DNA of 64,000 bases, taken from the NCBI GenBank assembly GCA_965197585.1, contig OZ240215.1, positions 128,001-192,000 on the forward strand. The letters are read 5' to 3'. Position numbers and translations under genes: made by a program. Positions 1-10,235 of this stretch are shown piece after piece (position 1 is the first letter of the stretch; the number at the start of each line of letters is the position of its first letter). Under the pieces are notes generated by a model that ran no database searches, was not told where the DNA came from, and saw only the letters and a program-made list of their open reading frames with translations. Source of the DNA: Dehalococcoidia bacterium. Its GTDB lineage: Bacteria > Chloroflexota > Dehalococcoidia > Plut-88900.

Positions 1-265
1 ATACCCGTATCAACCCCCACACTCCTCACCAAAGTGACGCGGGCCCCTTGTGCCACCGACCCGCCATCCTTATCCTTTATCCATGACGAAATTCGACGCC
101 ATCGTCACATATATTCCACACCTTCTTCACACACTTATTCCGTGACAAGCAGGCGAAGGTAACGCCTGAATCTCGAATTCAATCAATACTCGTGCCTGAT
201 AATGCAAAACAATCAGAAGTCCCCGGCCTCCCGGACCGCTACAAGAGTGTTAAGACGAAACAGCG

Positions 266-274
266 TGCTATAAT
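266..274 (+). promoter_or_regulatory. extended -10 promoter element (TGcTATAAT) upstream of the DsbA/FrnE gene
   Basis: TG-n-TATAAT about 40 nt upstream of ATG 316. Confidence 0.5.
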
Positions 275-315
275 CGTCCATCTCTCAGACTAGACATAAC
301 ACCTTGGAAGATCAC

Positions 316-945
316 ATGGCCCCAGACCTGTCAGTCACCATCTATTCCGACTACATATGACCTTGGTGCTACATCACGTCGGTACGGCTGGACAAGGTCA
401 AAGATGCACTCGGCCCTCGGGTGGAGTTCCAATGGAAGAGCTATGCCCTCCTCATGGGCCGCGCCGACTCCCGCCTTGTCACACCCCACGGCAGGACCTC
501 CCGTGCCGCGGCCGCAGAAGCTGAACCTCAGGCCCGTTTCGAGCCCTGGGCCACTGACAAGTCCTACATCTCCTCCAGTCTTCCCGCTTTGGAAGCCGCC
601 AAGTGTGCCGCCGCCCAGGGACCCCAAGCTTTCGAGTCCTACCACCGTGCCCTGTTCCGGGCAATCTTCGTCGAGAGCATTGACGTCAGCGACTATTCGC
701 AGCTAACGGCCCTCGCCGCCCGTGAAGGCCTGGACGCCGAGAGATTCAAAAGGGATCTGGATGGCGGTCAACAGAAAGTGGCGGTCATCGGCGAGCATCT
801 GGAGATGGTGATGGACTACGGAGAAGCGCCGGCGGGACTGCCGCTGGTGCTCATCGAAGGTCGGGAGCCGATAGTCGGGGCCGCACCAGCCGACCTTTAC
901 CGCAGGATATTGGAGCGAGCCATTGAGAAGCGAGGGGTGGTGTAA
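316..945 (+). CDS. DsbA/FrnE-family thiol oxidoreductase, probable selenoprotein (UxxC)
   Basis: ATG316 reads MAPDLSVTIYSDYI-[TGA 358-360]-PWCYITSVRL in frame with ORF 421-945. This matches the FrnE N-terminal motif SDxxCPWCY with TGA at the first Cys. Confidence 0.85.
358..400 (+). promoter_or_regulatory. putative bacterial SECIS hairpin
   Basis: TGACCTTG (358-365) pairs with CAAGGTCA (393-400). The apical stem CA-c-GTC/GGCTG closes a GGTAC loop about 20 nt after the TGA. Confidence 0.6.
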
Positions 946-951
946 CCGGAC

Positions 952-1260
952 ATGGCAGTGATGAGGCTATCCACGTTCACTCCGAAGCCCGGCAATGAGG
1001 AGCGAATCGCAAACCTCCTCGAAGCCCTGGACACGGCTTTCTCTCTCCAGCAGGGCTACGTGCTCGGGCTACGATTTACGGGCCGCGCCGGCTCTAACGA
1101 GATGGGCCGCATATTCGTCTGGGAATCCCCTGAGGCAGCCGACACCGCAGAATCCTCTCCCGAGGCTTCCCCACTCTCAAGGCGCATTGAGGCGTTATCC
1201 GAAGATGCGCGCCTGGACCGTACCTTCGACCTCCAGGGCTATGCCCTGCGCCCGAGCTAG
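952..1260 (+). CDS. ABM-like (dimeric alpha-beta barrel, antibiotic biosynthesis monooxygenase family) protein
   Basis: 102 aa with the PKPG-x-E, QQGY and VWES-x-EAA pattern typical of ABM domains. Confidence 0.65.
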   Translation: MAVMRLSTFTPKPGNEERIANLLEALDTAFSLQQGYVLGLRFTGRAGSNEMGRIFVWESPEAADTAESSPEASPLSRRIEALSEDARLDRTFDLQGYALRPS

Positions 1261-1679
1261 TCGGGCACTACGGCAATCACGTCCACTTCCAGAAGTAGGT
1301 CCGGCCTCGCAAGCCCGGCCACAACCACTGAAGTTATAGCTCGAAGCTTCACTTCGCCTAAGGCAGCCTTCCGTGCGCGGCTCATCCCCGCGAAGTTTTC
1401 TTTACCCACCACGAACTGGAATACCTTCACTATGTCGTCCATGCTCGCCCCGACCGAGGTGAGAATAGTCTCGATATGTCTCCAGATGGCTAGGCCTTGG
1501 GCCTCGACATCGCTTCCTCCCTCCGCCTCCCCGTTCAACCCCCGAGCCGTCTGCCCCGAGATGTGAATCGTATTGCCGACCCTTATCGCGTGACTGATCT
1601 TCTGGTGCTCAGGAAATGACCAGATGCCGGGTACCGTATAGCTGGTCCAGTGTTTTGACCCTGTCTCTGCCGAGCTCAT
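1257..1679 (-). CDS. Rid (YjgF/YER057c/UK114) family protein
   Basis: SHAIRVGNTIHISGQ, DDIVKV and LLLEVDVIA motifs. Confidence 0.9.
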   Translation of the reverse strand: MSSAETGSKHWTSYTVPGIWSFPEHQKISHAIRVGNTIHISGQTARGLNGEAEGGSDVEAQGLAIWRHIETILTSVGASMDDIVKVFQFVVGKENFAGMSRARKAALGEVKLRAITSVVVAGLARPDLLLEVDVIAVVPD

Positions 1680-2077
1680 TGGCCTATCTCCGCAATCACG
1701 TCCACTTCCAGCAGAAGCTCGGGTTTTACCAGCCCCGAGACTACTATCGCCGTGATGGCCCTCAAGGGCGCCTCTCCTAATACTTTGCGCCGTGACCTGG
1801 ACATCCCCGCGAAGTTATCCGCCCCGACTACGAACTGGAACACCTTGACTACGTCGTCCATCGACGCCCCGGCCGCCTCCAGCACCTTACCAATGTTCTC
1901 CCAGATCAGGTCTCCCTGCGCCTCTACGTCTCCCTCGCCCACCACGTTCCCGTCAACATCCAGTGCTACCTGCCCCGAGATGTACACGGTGTTGCCCGTC
2001 CTCACCGCATGGGCAATCTTCAAATTGTCTTTGTACGAAAATATGCCGTCGACGTTGAACTCTTGCCAGTGATGCAT
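1676..2077 (-). CDS. Rid family protein, tandem paralog
   Basis: AHAVRTGNTVYISGQ and LLLEVDVIA motifs; 4-nt overlap with the downstream paralog. Confidence 0.9.
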   Translation of the reverse strand: MHHWQEFNVDGIFSYKDNLKIAHAVRTGNTVYISGQVALDVDGNVVGEGDVEAQGDLIWENIGKVLEAAGASMDDVVKVFQFVVGADNFAGMSRSRRKVLGEAPLRAITAIVVSGLVKPELLLEVDVIAEIGQ

Positions 2078-2582
2078 CTTTGGTCCTCTTTCCTTCTCGG
2101 TTACGGGGCCCGAGCCCCGATTTCAGGAGGGGATGATATGCCTGCCGCGCCTGGGTGTCAAAGATGAGAGTTTGGAAACCTTCTATTCCTGCTGCAACGT
2201 TAGACCAATTGGTCGACTGTTGGGATGAGGGGATATAATCCTATTGTGAACAGGCTCAGAAATATAACCAAAGTTCTATGGGCCTCGAACGGACGGCCAA
2301 GGCTCTTCGAACACAGGGCAGTTCTATCCTTAAGGCACTCTGATCGATCCGATGAGAGCACCAATTCGTGCGCCGGGTTGCGCAGCGCAAAACGAGACTA
2401 AAGAGGACGTATTCACAGACGAAGGCCTAAGATAAATTCAAGATAAACCACAGTCACCGGCACATTGTTTGGGCTGTTATGTCTGAAGAACAAAGGCCGG
2501 AAAACCCTGATTTAATACTTAGATGACTAAATCGAAGCACTGGTAGGCCAGTGTCCGCATTGAAGAATCTCGAGTTAGTTGC

Positions 2583-3545
2583 ATGAAATACGCCTTAGGC
2601 GGCATTCTCATTGCCATCGTCATCCTCACGATTGGGATTGGCTATACGATGCGTGCCAATGCTCAAGAGTCTTTGGAGTGCACGTACTACTACTACGACG
2701 AAGACGGCGAGAGCAACCATGCCACTACCAGTTGCGATAGCAGCGGTCTGCCTATACCCCCTTCCGATCCGTCTATCAATGTGACGACATGTGCCGTCAG
2801 CAGTGGAGGCGCGGAATGCCAGTTCCCCTGTGGAAGCGACCCCAGATCATGGTGCAGTCTCCTTGATGGTGACCCCCCTCCGCCACCACCGCCGCCGCCA
2901 CCTCCACCACCTCCGCCACCTCCACCACCTCCACCGCCTCCCACTGCTACGCCAACGCCCACTCCTCGCCCTATACCAACCTCAACTCCACGGCCCAGGC
3001 CAACTGCCACTCCCCTTCCTACGTCTACACCCACTCCGACACCGATGCCAACTCCCACCCCAACTCCGACGCCGCCACCCACTCCGATTCCCACGCCCAC
3101 GCCAACCCCAACGCCCACGCCAACCCCAACGCCCACGCCAACCCCAACGCCCACGCCAACCCCAACGCCCACGCCAACCCCAAAGCCCACGCCAACCCCC
3201 ACCCCAACGCCCACGCCAACCCCCACCCCCACCCCAACACCGACTCCGGTTCCCACTCCCGTTCCCGCTCCGACACCTACTTCGGCCCCCACACCCACAC
3301 CCACCGCCATCCCTACTGCCGCGCCGCTATCTACTCCCGGGGGAGAATCGACGCCTCAAACCGACTTGCAAGATTTGGAGCAGCCTGCGGCACCCGTAAT
3401 CGGCGACGCCATACCGCGCATCCGCAACACGTTGGGGGGTATTGCTTCCAGCCCGCGGAGACGGACCACCCTAATAGTTATTCAGGCTGTCACCAGTGCC
3501 TTCGCCCTTGGCGTATTCTCCTACCTGATAGCGCGGAAACGCTAA
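2583..3545 (+). CDS. secreted/membrane-anchored Pro/Thr-rich protein with a small Cys-rich N-terminal domain
   Basis: Signal peptide (ANA-Q), 6-Cys domain, poly-Pro, long PT repeats, C-terminal hydrophobic helix followed by ARKR. Confidence 0.75.
   Translation: MKYALGGILIAIVILTIGIGYTMRANAQESLECTYYYYDEDGESNHATTSCDSSGLPIPPSDPSINVTTCAVSSGGAECQFPCGSDPRSWCSLLDGDPPPPPPPPPPPPPPPPPPPPPPPTATPTPTPRPIPTSTPRPRPTATPLPTSTPTPTPMPTPTPTPTPPPTPIPTPTPTPTPTPTPTPTPTPTPTPTPTPTPTPKPTPTPTPTPTPTPTPTPTPTPVPTPVPAPTPTSAPTPTPTAIPTAAPLSTPGGESTPQTDLQDLEQPAAPVIGDAIPRIRNTLGGIASSPRRRTTLIVIQAVTSAFALGVFSYLIARKR
2875..3305 (+). repeat. coding poly-Pro and PT tandem repeats, including exact 18-nt ACGCCCACGCCAACCCCA units
   Basis: Directly visible tandem repeats, about 3093-3180 near-exact. 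Confidence 0.9.
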
Positions 3546-3592
3546 GGGTAAAGACGAGATGCCGAACAGGGAATGTGTGGCATAAGGGCCTG

Positions 3593-5527
3593 TTAGACAG
3601 ACCCTTGCAACAGACTTTCTTCCATCTCAGGCACAGAAGGGCTGTCTGTCGTAATTGGTAGCGTCATGATGAACTCGGCGTATTCACCGAATACAGTGTC
3701 CACGGATAGATCACCCCCGAACCTGCGGGCCACGTCGGCCGCTAGAGGAAGACCTAACCCTGCCCCTGCTGCTCCGTCCCGTGTCGAGAAGAACGGGTTG
3801 AATATACGTCCAAGCACATCATCGGATATTCCGGTGCCGTTGTCCCGCACTCGTATCTCCACCATATCACCGACCCGACGACTTGAAACGGCCAGAACTG
3901 GTTCATAGCCTTCCGAGATCTGCCGTTTCTGGTCCATGGCATAGAAAGCATTCGAAACCAGATTTAGCAGCGCCTCGGAGAAATCTCTTTCGACCAACGT
4001 CGTCTCACCTACAGATTTATCCAGGTCAAGAACTGGTTCCACTGAGAAGTCCTGCCACTGGGCATTAAAGGTGTTGCACCCCGAATTCACCGCCTCCCGC
4101 AATACTTCATTCAAGCCGACCACAACGGGGTCTCCGCCCGTGACACCCAACCCCCGCATCCGTTCGACAATTGCCAGGGCACGCCCACCGTTGGAAAGGA
4201 CGCGATTGAGGCTTGCGGTCATCTCCTGGGTGATGTCATCCAGTAAGGCGGTATCGTCCTTTGACATTCTATCCCTGTAGTTGTCCAGCATCTCCGTTAG
4301 TTCACTGTACAGTTCGAGAGAGCCTTCGGAGAAGTTATTGACGAAGTTCAACGGATTACTGATCTCATGCGCCACCCCCGACACCAGCTCACCCAAAGCC
4401 GCCAGTTTCTCCTGGGCCACCAGCCGGGCCTGGACCCGTTTCAGTTCTGCGTTGGTCACACGCAGCTCTTCGTATAGCTTCTCGACCAAATTCAAACGCT
4501 GGACTTCCAGGGCTTGCTGTCTGAAGACTTCCAGGGCGTTGGCCAATTCTCCAATCTCGTCGCGGCCCACTTCTGGCACCGGAGTCTCCAGGTCTCCGTC
4601 GGCCATCTTCCTCATGCGATCAGACATGCGGGAAAGCCGCCTGACCATACCGTTGCCTACCCAGATCCAGGCTGCCAAAGTCGCCGCAATCACGCTGATT
4701 ACGCTGATACCTGCCAACAGCGTTCGGCCTTCGTCAAAACTGCTCACGGCAAGTCCCAGCGCTTCTGAGGAATGCTCGCTGGATGCAGTCAGCAGCGCCG
4801 TCACTGAGCTTTCTAATGCGGCACTCGACCCGTCGAAGGATGCTGCCAGCTCCCTGATGTTGGTTTCCAGTACCAGCTGTTGGCCGCGGATGTAGAAGAC
4901 CCCCGCACCTTCGCCCAAAGATGACACCGCTGGGTCTATGCCGGTTGCATGTATGCCTAAAAACCTCTCCAGCATCCCCTGAAGGGATGGATCATCCGGA
5001 GCTTGCAATGCCTGCCGCAGCACCGACAGTGCAGCCTCTGACTCCCCGATATCCGAGGAGGTTGTTGCCAGGCGTAACCGGTAATCGAATGCGAGGTCGT
5101 TTGCCGTCAGCAAGGCATCGCGGGCTAGTACTAGACTGTCTATAACCTCGGCCAGGTCATAGGCCGTATCGCTGACGGCCTGGGCTTCGGTTGCTAGGGT
5201 CGGCACACCGCTCACGCTTTCCAAGGCGGTCTCCAACCTTTGTAGAGACCTGGCGATGGCTTCAGTATCCTGGCGTTGGAAGCCGGATTCAGCGTCGGCC
5301 ACCACCTCGAGCCCCAGAATCCGTAAGCGTTCCGCCTCACGAGCGGCTATCCAGGACGACTCCAAAGCCGGCACCGACTCCGATTGGACCCGGTAGTTAT
5401 GGTCTCCGCTCTGCTCGAAGTAGTAGACGGCAACCCCACCGGAGATTAGCGTCAGTGCCACAGCAAATCCCAAAGCTAGATACAGTCGTGTGCCGATGCG
5501 CCGCCATCTATCTATGAAGAATCGCAT
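3593..5527 (-). CDS. membrane sensor histidine kinase (TorS-like sensor region, HAMP, HisKA, HATPase)
   Basis: Two TM helices, HAMP (GRDEIGEL), H-box GVAHEISNPLN, N-box, DNGTG, FNPFFST and GAGLGL. Confidence 0.92.
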   Translation of the reverse strand: MRFFIDRWRRIGTRLYLALGFAVALTLISGGVAVYYFEQSGDHNYRVQSESVPALESSWIAAREAERLRILGLEVVADAESGFQRQDTEAIARSLQRLETALESVSGVPTLATEAQAVSDTAYDLAEVIDSLVLARDALLTANDLAFDYRLRLATTSSDIGESEAALSVLRQALQAPDDPSLQGMLERFLGIHATGIDPAVSSLGEGAGVFYIRGQQLVLETNIRELAASFDGSSAALESSVTALLTASSEHSSEALGLAVSSFDEGRTLLAGISVISVIAATLAAWIWVGNGMVRRLSRMSDRMRKMADGDLETPVPEVGRDEIGELANALEVFRQQALEVQRLNLVEKLYEELRVTNAELKRVQARLVAQEKLAALGELVSGVAHEISNPLNFVNNFSEGSLELYSELTEMLDNYRDRMSKDDTALLDDITQEMTASLNRVLSNGGRALAIVERMRGLGVTGGDPVVVGLNEVLREAVNSGCNTFNAQWQDFSVEPVLDLDKSVGETTLVERDFSEALLNLVSNAFYAMDQKRQISEGYEPVLAVSSRRVGDMVEIRVRDNGTGISDDVLGRIFNPFFSTRDGAAGAGLGLPLAADVARRFGGDLSVDTVFGEYAEFIMTLPITTDSPSVPEMEESLLQGSV

Positions 5528-6033
5528 GCAGAAAACGGCTCCTGGAATCGTCTGGAACTTCCAGAAATTGCCTTTGAAAATTCTCTAGTAGCTAGGATAT
5601 CACAGCCGGTATGGGCTAGTGACCAAGGCTTAATTTATGAGAGCCGAAGCGCTGTAGAAGAAGGGAGTTCTGCTAAAATCCGTATCAATTACAGTGTACA
5701 TTTCTACTGTACGTTGTCACCGATAATCGACTGCTGGACGAAACCGGTGATATAGGACAGACCTGCAGATAGGTCAATGGACGTACCATCCATTCCCGGC
5801 GTGCTCAAGGCCCAGGCCTGTTGGCCCCTCCCGATTTGTGTTACAACTAGCGAGGTTGCATCAGTATGTTTAGGAAGAGTGTGAATCTTACGCCCGCTGC
5901 ATAAATGGAAAGTCATTAACGCTCGTGACTCCTTCCAAATTATTCAGGATTCACATCGGACAAGGGCTGGGTTTGTATCTCGGTCCTACAGGTACGCCTA
6001 AACTGGGGATTTCTACCGTCTAACGGAAGCCTT

Positions 6034-6810
6034 ATGGACATTAACGACATCTTCACCAAGGGACTGGACCTTAATGAGGCCTTAGATTTGCTGTGGCCGG
6101 TCTCGATTTACGTTCTGGGCATGGCTGCCTATGCAATCTTTGTCTTCAAGTTCTATCGGTTTGTGGCTGCTCGGGATGTGTTTGACCTGGACCTGTCCAG
6201 GTATGAAGAGTCGAGTCACCGATGGATACGATCTTCGCTCCACTTTACTTTGTACGTGGCGAAATATCTCATTCTGTTTCCGGTATTCGCATTCTTCTGG
6301 TTCGCAGTCCTCACTCTTGTATTGGCCTTCCTCTCTAAAGAGCAAACCTTCGCGGATACGCTGTTGATAGCCCTTGCCACGGTCAGTGCAATCCGAGTCG
6401 CAGCCTATTACAAGGAGGACCTATCCCGAGACCTCGCCAAGATGCTGCCCTTCGCAGTCCTCGGTGTATTCCTCATCGATGCGTCATTCTTCTCCGTCTC
6501 CGATTCCCTTGACTCTCTCAAAGGGGCAGGAGACTACACCGAAAACATCTTGTACTACCTTTTGTTCCTCATTGGCCTGGAATTTGTGTTGCGGCTTCTG
6601 ATGGGGATCATAAAACTCATAGTAGGCTTAAGAAATCGGATTCGGAAACAGCGTGCCCCCACTGTGGATGTTGAGTCCTCTCCTTTGAAGGAAGAAGCGA
6701 CAACTGAACAGGAATCAGAGCGTGGAAGTCCAACAGAAGACCATCAACCCGAGCCGGCCTCCTGCGGCGCAGAGGATGGAGAATCCTCCAGCCCGACGAA
6801 AAATCCCTAG
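6034..6810 (+). CDS. hypothetical multi-pass membrane protein
   Basis: 258 aa, about 5 hydrophobic segments, acidic disordered tail. Confidence 0.7.
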   Translation: MDINDIFTKGLDLNEALDLLWPVSIYVLGMAAYAIFVFKFYRFVAARDVFDLDLSRYEESSHRWIRSSLHFTLYVAKYLILFPVFAFFWFAVLTLVLAFLSKEQTFADTLLIALATVSAIRVAAYYKEDLSRDLAKMLPFAVLGVFLIDASFFSVSDSLDSLKGAGDYTENILYYLLFLIGLEFVLRLLMGIIKLIVGLRNRIRKQRAPTVDVESSPLKEEATTEQESERGSPTEDHQPEPASCGAEDGESSSPTKNP

Positions 6811-7300
6811 AACATCGCCTTATTCGTGCGCAACAAATATCTGCTATCAGAGAGACGTAGTCTGGCTGAACAGACTGCGGAAGGCACTAGGAACTACGAA
6901 ATAAAGGTGATCTGGGACAATAACGAGCAGGAGTGGGAATAGTGTTGGTGGGTCAGAGTTGGACGTGAGGGAATGGGCATTATCGTGTAATGCCCTCCTT
7001 CATCTAATGAGTACATAAGGGTGTCAGTGCGCGGATTAGCGGCGACCGTCATCCCGACCATCTACTCGGCACAACTCTTTAACACGCCCCTCCTGTGAAT
7101 ACCCACCAAGAGGCACTGGTTTGCCGTCCACCCCTTCCGCCTCAACAGCTAGATCCCCACAACCTACATAGGACCTTCATTACTCTCGACCACCCTCGGG
7201 ATTTTAGCCTTCAAATGCGGCGGCGCGCTAGACATGAACTCATCGTGAGGCATCATCCCCAAGTCGATGTGGCTATCAGGCGATATGACCCTGCAGGTCA

Positions 7301-7339
7301 TTCATCGTATCCTGCCGTTCTCAGGCAGGATACGATGAA
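7301..7339. terminator. perfect 16-bp inverted repeat, probable terminator downstream of the SBP remnant
   Basis: TTCATCGTATCCTGCC-7 nt-GGCAGGATACGATGAA. Confidence 0.6.
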
Positions 7340-7401
7340 GCCAAGCCGGTTGTGTCCGATGTCAACAGCTTCTACTTATTCTAGTTTGGACCTGCTCTTT
7401 G

Positions 7402-7936
7402 CTACTGGGTTGCGGTGATATACATCTCCTCAGCCCAGTCCAGAATTTCTCCCAAATAGACCTCATCCAGGATGATTCCGTAGGGGGCGTTTGCCGCCGA
7501 GGTGGGCAGCTCGTCTCGTACATCGTCAAAGGCAGGGTCGTCCAACAATGGTATGGCTTTCCGGTTGACCGGCCCATATGAGATGTATTTGGACATCTGA
7601 ACGTTGATCTCGGCGAAGGTTACCCAGGCGATGACCAGGTTGCCCAACTCGTACCTTTCGGGATGCAACTCCTTCATGCCGTTGACCATGTCCCATCCGC
7701 TTATATTAATGATGTGGCCGCATTCCCAGCAGATGCCCAAGGGAGCGCCTTCACCTTCCACCGCATCAAAGATTCGACCGTTCCAGGCAGAGCACATGTC
7801 GACCTCTCCGGCGATAAGCATCTGGGGACAGTCTGAGCCACTGCTCCAATACACTATGTCGCTGTCTTCGTCGTCAACCCAATCGGCAAACCAGGCGAAA
7901 TCTTCCTCTATTTGCTCTCTGCTCGGTGTGTTGGCA
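7402..7936 (-). pseudogene. 5'-truncated PotD-like ABC substrate-binding protein (C-terminal part only)
   Basis: WSSGSDCPQMLIAGEVDMCSAWNGRI...ICWECGH...YGPVN, homologous to the repeat unit of 15764-18235. The frame runs upstream into tRNA sequence with no N-terminus. Confidence 0.8.
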
Positions 7937-7998
7937 GGATTCGAACCCCTGACCCCCTCAATGCCATTGAGGTGCTCTCCCAGCTGAGCTACAGCCCC
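7937..7998 (-). tRNA. tRNA-Ala(GGC), 3' end missing or replaced (probable pseudo-tRNA)
   Basis: GGGGCTGTAGCTCAGCTGGGAGAGCACCTCAATGGCATTGAGGGGGTCAGGGGTTCGAATCC followed by TGCCAACACACCG, which cannot complete the T-stem, acceptor stem or CCA. Confidence 0.85.
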
Positions 7999-8095
7999 AC
8001 TTGAGCGAATCGCGGACTAAGAAGATAGCAGATTGGGTAGTAGCTATCAACAGAGGGGACTCTGCCGCTCCCAATGGACTAGCTGATGCAGAGTG

Positions 8096-8974
8096 TTAGC
8101 GAGAGTTAAGTACCTTCTGCATCGTGATCCCGATTTCAGCAGGACTATAGGCAATCGTGGCACCCGCGTCACTGAGAGCCTGTGCCTTAGCCTTGGCGGT
8201 GCCACTCTCGCCAGTGATGATGGCCCCGGCGTGACCCATCCGACGCCCGGGAGGTGCGGTAGCGCCTCCGATAAACGAGACCACCGGCTTGGTCATATTG
8301 CTCTTGATAAACGCCGCTGCCTCCTGCTCCCGAGACCCGCCTATCTCTCCTATCATCACTATAGCTTCGGTTTCGTCGTCCTCTTGGAAAAGACCGAGAA
8401 TCTCCACGAAGTCAGACCCGATTATCGGGTCTCCACCAATGCCCACACACGTTGACTGACCAATCCCGAGCTCGGTCAACTGAGCGACGGCCTCGTAGGT
8501 GAGGGTGCCGCTCCGGGAGACGATGCCGACTCGACCGGCCATGTGTATGTTGCCCGGCATGATTCCCACCTTGGCCTTGGATCCGGGGGATATCGCTCCT
8601 GGGCAGTTGGGGCCGATCAGGCGGACGGGCTTGTCCTTCAGATACTTGCCCACATTGACCATGTCCAGCACGGGTAGCCCCTCGGTGATGGCGATGATCA
8701 GGGGCACTCCTGCATCGGCGGACTCTAGGATAGCGTCCGCAGCGAAAGGGGCGGGAACGAAAATCAGGGCGACATTTGCATCCGTCTCGGCAACGGCCTG
8801 GGACACGGAGTTGTATACCGGCACCCCCTCCACGTCCGTTCCCCCTTTGCCCGGAGTCACCCCGGCGACCAGGTTCGTGCCGTAGTCTCGGCAGCGCATG
8901 GCGTGAAAGCTGCCGTCTCTGCCGGTGATGCCCTGGACCATCAGCCGTGTATTGTCGTCTACTAGAATGCTCAT
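8096..8974 (-). CDS. sucD: succinyl-CoA synthetase alpha subunit
   Basis: [26 protein letters not shown] and RMGHAGA motifs. Confidence 0.98.
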   Translation of the reverse strand: MSILVDDNTRLMVQGITGRDGSFHAMRCRDYGTNLVAGVTPGKGGTDVEGVPVYNSVSQAVAETDANVALIFVPAPFAADAILESADAGVPLIIAITEGLPVLDMVNVGKYLKDKPVRLIGPNCPGAISPGSKAKVGIMPGNIHMAGRVGIVSRSGTLTYEAVAQLTELGIGQSTCVGIGGDPIIGSDFVEILGLFQEDDETEAIVMIGEIGGSREQEAAAFIKSNMTKPVVSFIGGATAPPGRRMGHAGAIITGESGTAKAKAQALSDAGATIAYSPAEIGITMQKVLNSR

Positions 8975-8986
8975 TTGTATAATTCC

Positions 8987-10150
8987 TTAGCGGGAGTTCT
9001 GGGCTGCAACTATCCTCTGGGCGGCGCCTTGGAGGTCGGGGACGAAGGCGATGTTCAGCCCCGAATCTTCGAGAATCTGCCGTCCCTCATCGACGTTCGT
9101 TCCCCTCATCCTCACCACCACCGGCATGTCCACGTCGACCTCCCTGGCCGCTGCCACAATGCCCCGGGCAGCCACATCGCAACGAAGGATGCCGCCGAAG
9201 ATGTTTACCAGCACCTTCTTCACTTTGGGGTCCGACACCAGGAGCTTGAAGGCCTGGGCGATCTTCTCTTCATTGGCGCCACCGCCCACGTCCAAAAAGT
9301 TGGCCGGCGCAGCCCCGAGAAGCTGGATAATGTCCATGGTAGCCATCGCGAGACCCGCCCCATTGACCATGCACCCCACGTCGCCGTCGAGCTTGATGTA
9401 GTTGATGTCATATTCGTTGGCTTGTACGTCCAGGGGGTCTTCTTGGGAATCATCTCGCAGGTCTTGTACGTCCCGGTGACGGAAAAGGCCGTCGTCATCG
9501 AAATCCACCTTGGCGTCCAGTGCCATCAGCGACCCGTCTCCGGTCAGGATCAACGGGTTAATCTCGACAAGCGAGCATCCCTTCTCCCGCATTAGCCGGT
9601 ACAGCCCCGCGAATATGGCCCCGGCTGGGCGGACCTGCTTGTCCCCAAGCCCAAGACCATAGGCTAGGCGCCGGCCCTGGAAGGGCTGAAGCCCGATAGT
9701 TGGGTCGACCCGCTCCTTGAGTATCTTCTCAGGGGTGGCCGCAGCGACCTCCTCTATCTCCATGCCTCCCGCTTCGCTGGCCATGATTACCGGCACGCCT
9801 GCTGATCCGTCGATGACGATTCCGACGTACAGCTCCTTGCCCTCCGGCGCAGCCTTTTCGACAAGCACTTTCCCGATGGGTACGCCTTCCGCAGTGGTCT
9901 GATGGGTGACGAGCCGGGTCCCTAGCAGCGATTTTGCGTGGGCCGCGGCCTCCTCCGGCGTATCGGCTACCTTTATGCCCCCCGCCTTGCCCCGGCCCCC
10001 GGCGTGGACTTGCGCTTTGACGACGACTCGTCCGCCCAATTCGCGGGCGATCTCGGCGGCTTGCTCCGGGGTCTCAGTAGCGCGACCTTCGGGTACAGGG
10101 ACTTTGTACTGGGCCAGCAGGATCTTGGCCTGATATTCGTGAATTTTCAT
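8987..10150 (-). CDS. sucC: succinyl-CoA synthetase beta subunit
   Basis: MKIHEYQAK, GGRGKAGG, GCMVNGAGLAM, ANFLDVGGGA and NIFGGI motifs. Confidence 0.98.
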   Translation of the reverse strand: MKIHEYQAKILLAQYKVPVPEGRATETPEQAAEIARELGGRVVVKAQVHAGGRGKAGGIKVADTPEEAAAHAKSLLGTRLVTHQTTAEGVPIGKVLVEKAAPEGKELYVGIVIDGSAGVPVIMASEAGGMEIEEVAAATPEKILKERVDPTIGLQPFQGRRLAYGLGLGDKQVRPAGAIFAGLYRLMREKGCSLVEINPLILTGDGSLMALDAKVDFDDDGLFRHRDVQDLRDDSQEDPLDVQANEYDINYIKLDGDVGCMVNGAGLAMATMDIIQLLGAAPANFLDVGGGANEEKIAQAFKLLVSDPKVKKVLVNIFGGILRCDVAARGIVAAAREVDVDMPVVVRMRGTNVDEGRQILEDSGLNIAFVPDLQGAAQRIVAAQNSR

Positions 10151-10235
10151 TTTAGGCTCCTTTAACGAGCGGCGATTATGATATCTGACAGGCTATGACC
10201 TGTCCATTAAGTCGGAATGAGGCGTATGTTTCCTG

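Noticed and set aside
2100-2580. Long leader upstream of the Pro-rich gene as a possible riboswitch
   Set aside because: No recognisable aptamer consensus (for example, the c-di-GMP-I GCAAA motifs are absent)
2875-3305. Possible CRISPR-like repeat array
   Set aside because: No unique spacers; the repeats are in-frame coding PT units and no cas genes are present
2693-3399. Gly/Val-rich, QRPR-rich and LAWALG-repeat ORFs
   Set aside because: Alternative-frame and antisense shadows of the PT-repeat gene
6946-6964. TGGTGGGTCAGAGTTGGAC resembling a tRNA 3'-end att fragment
   Set aside because: Single copy, stem spacing off by one and no integrase nearby; too weak to call
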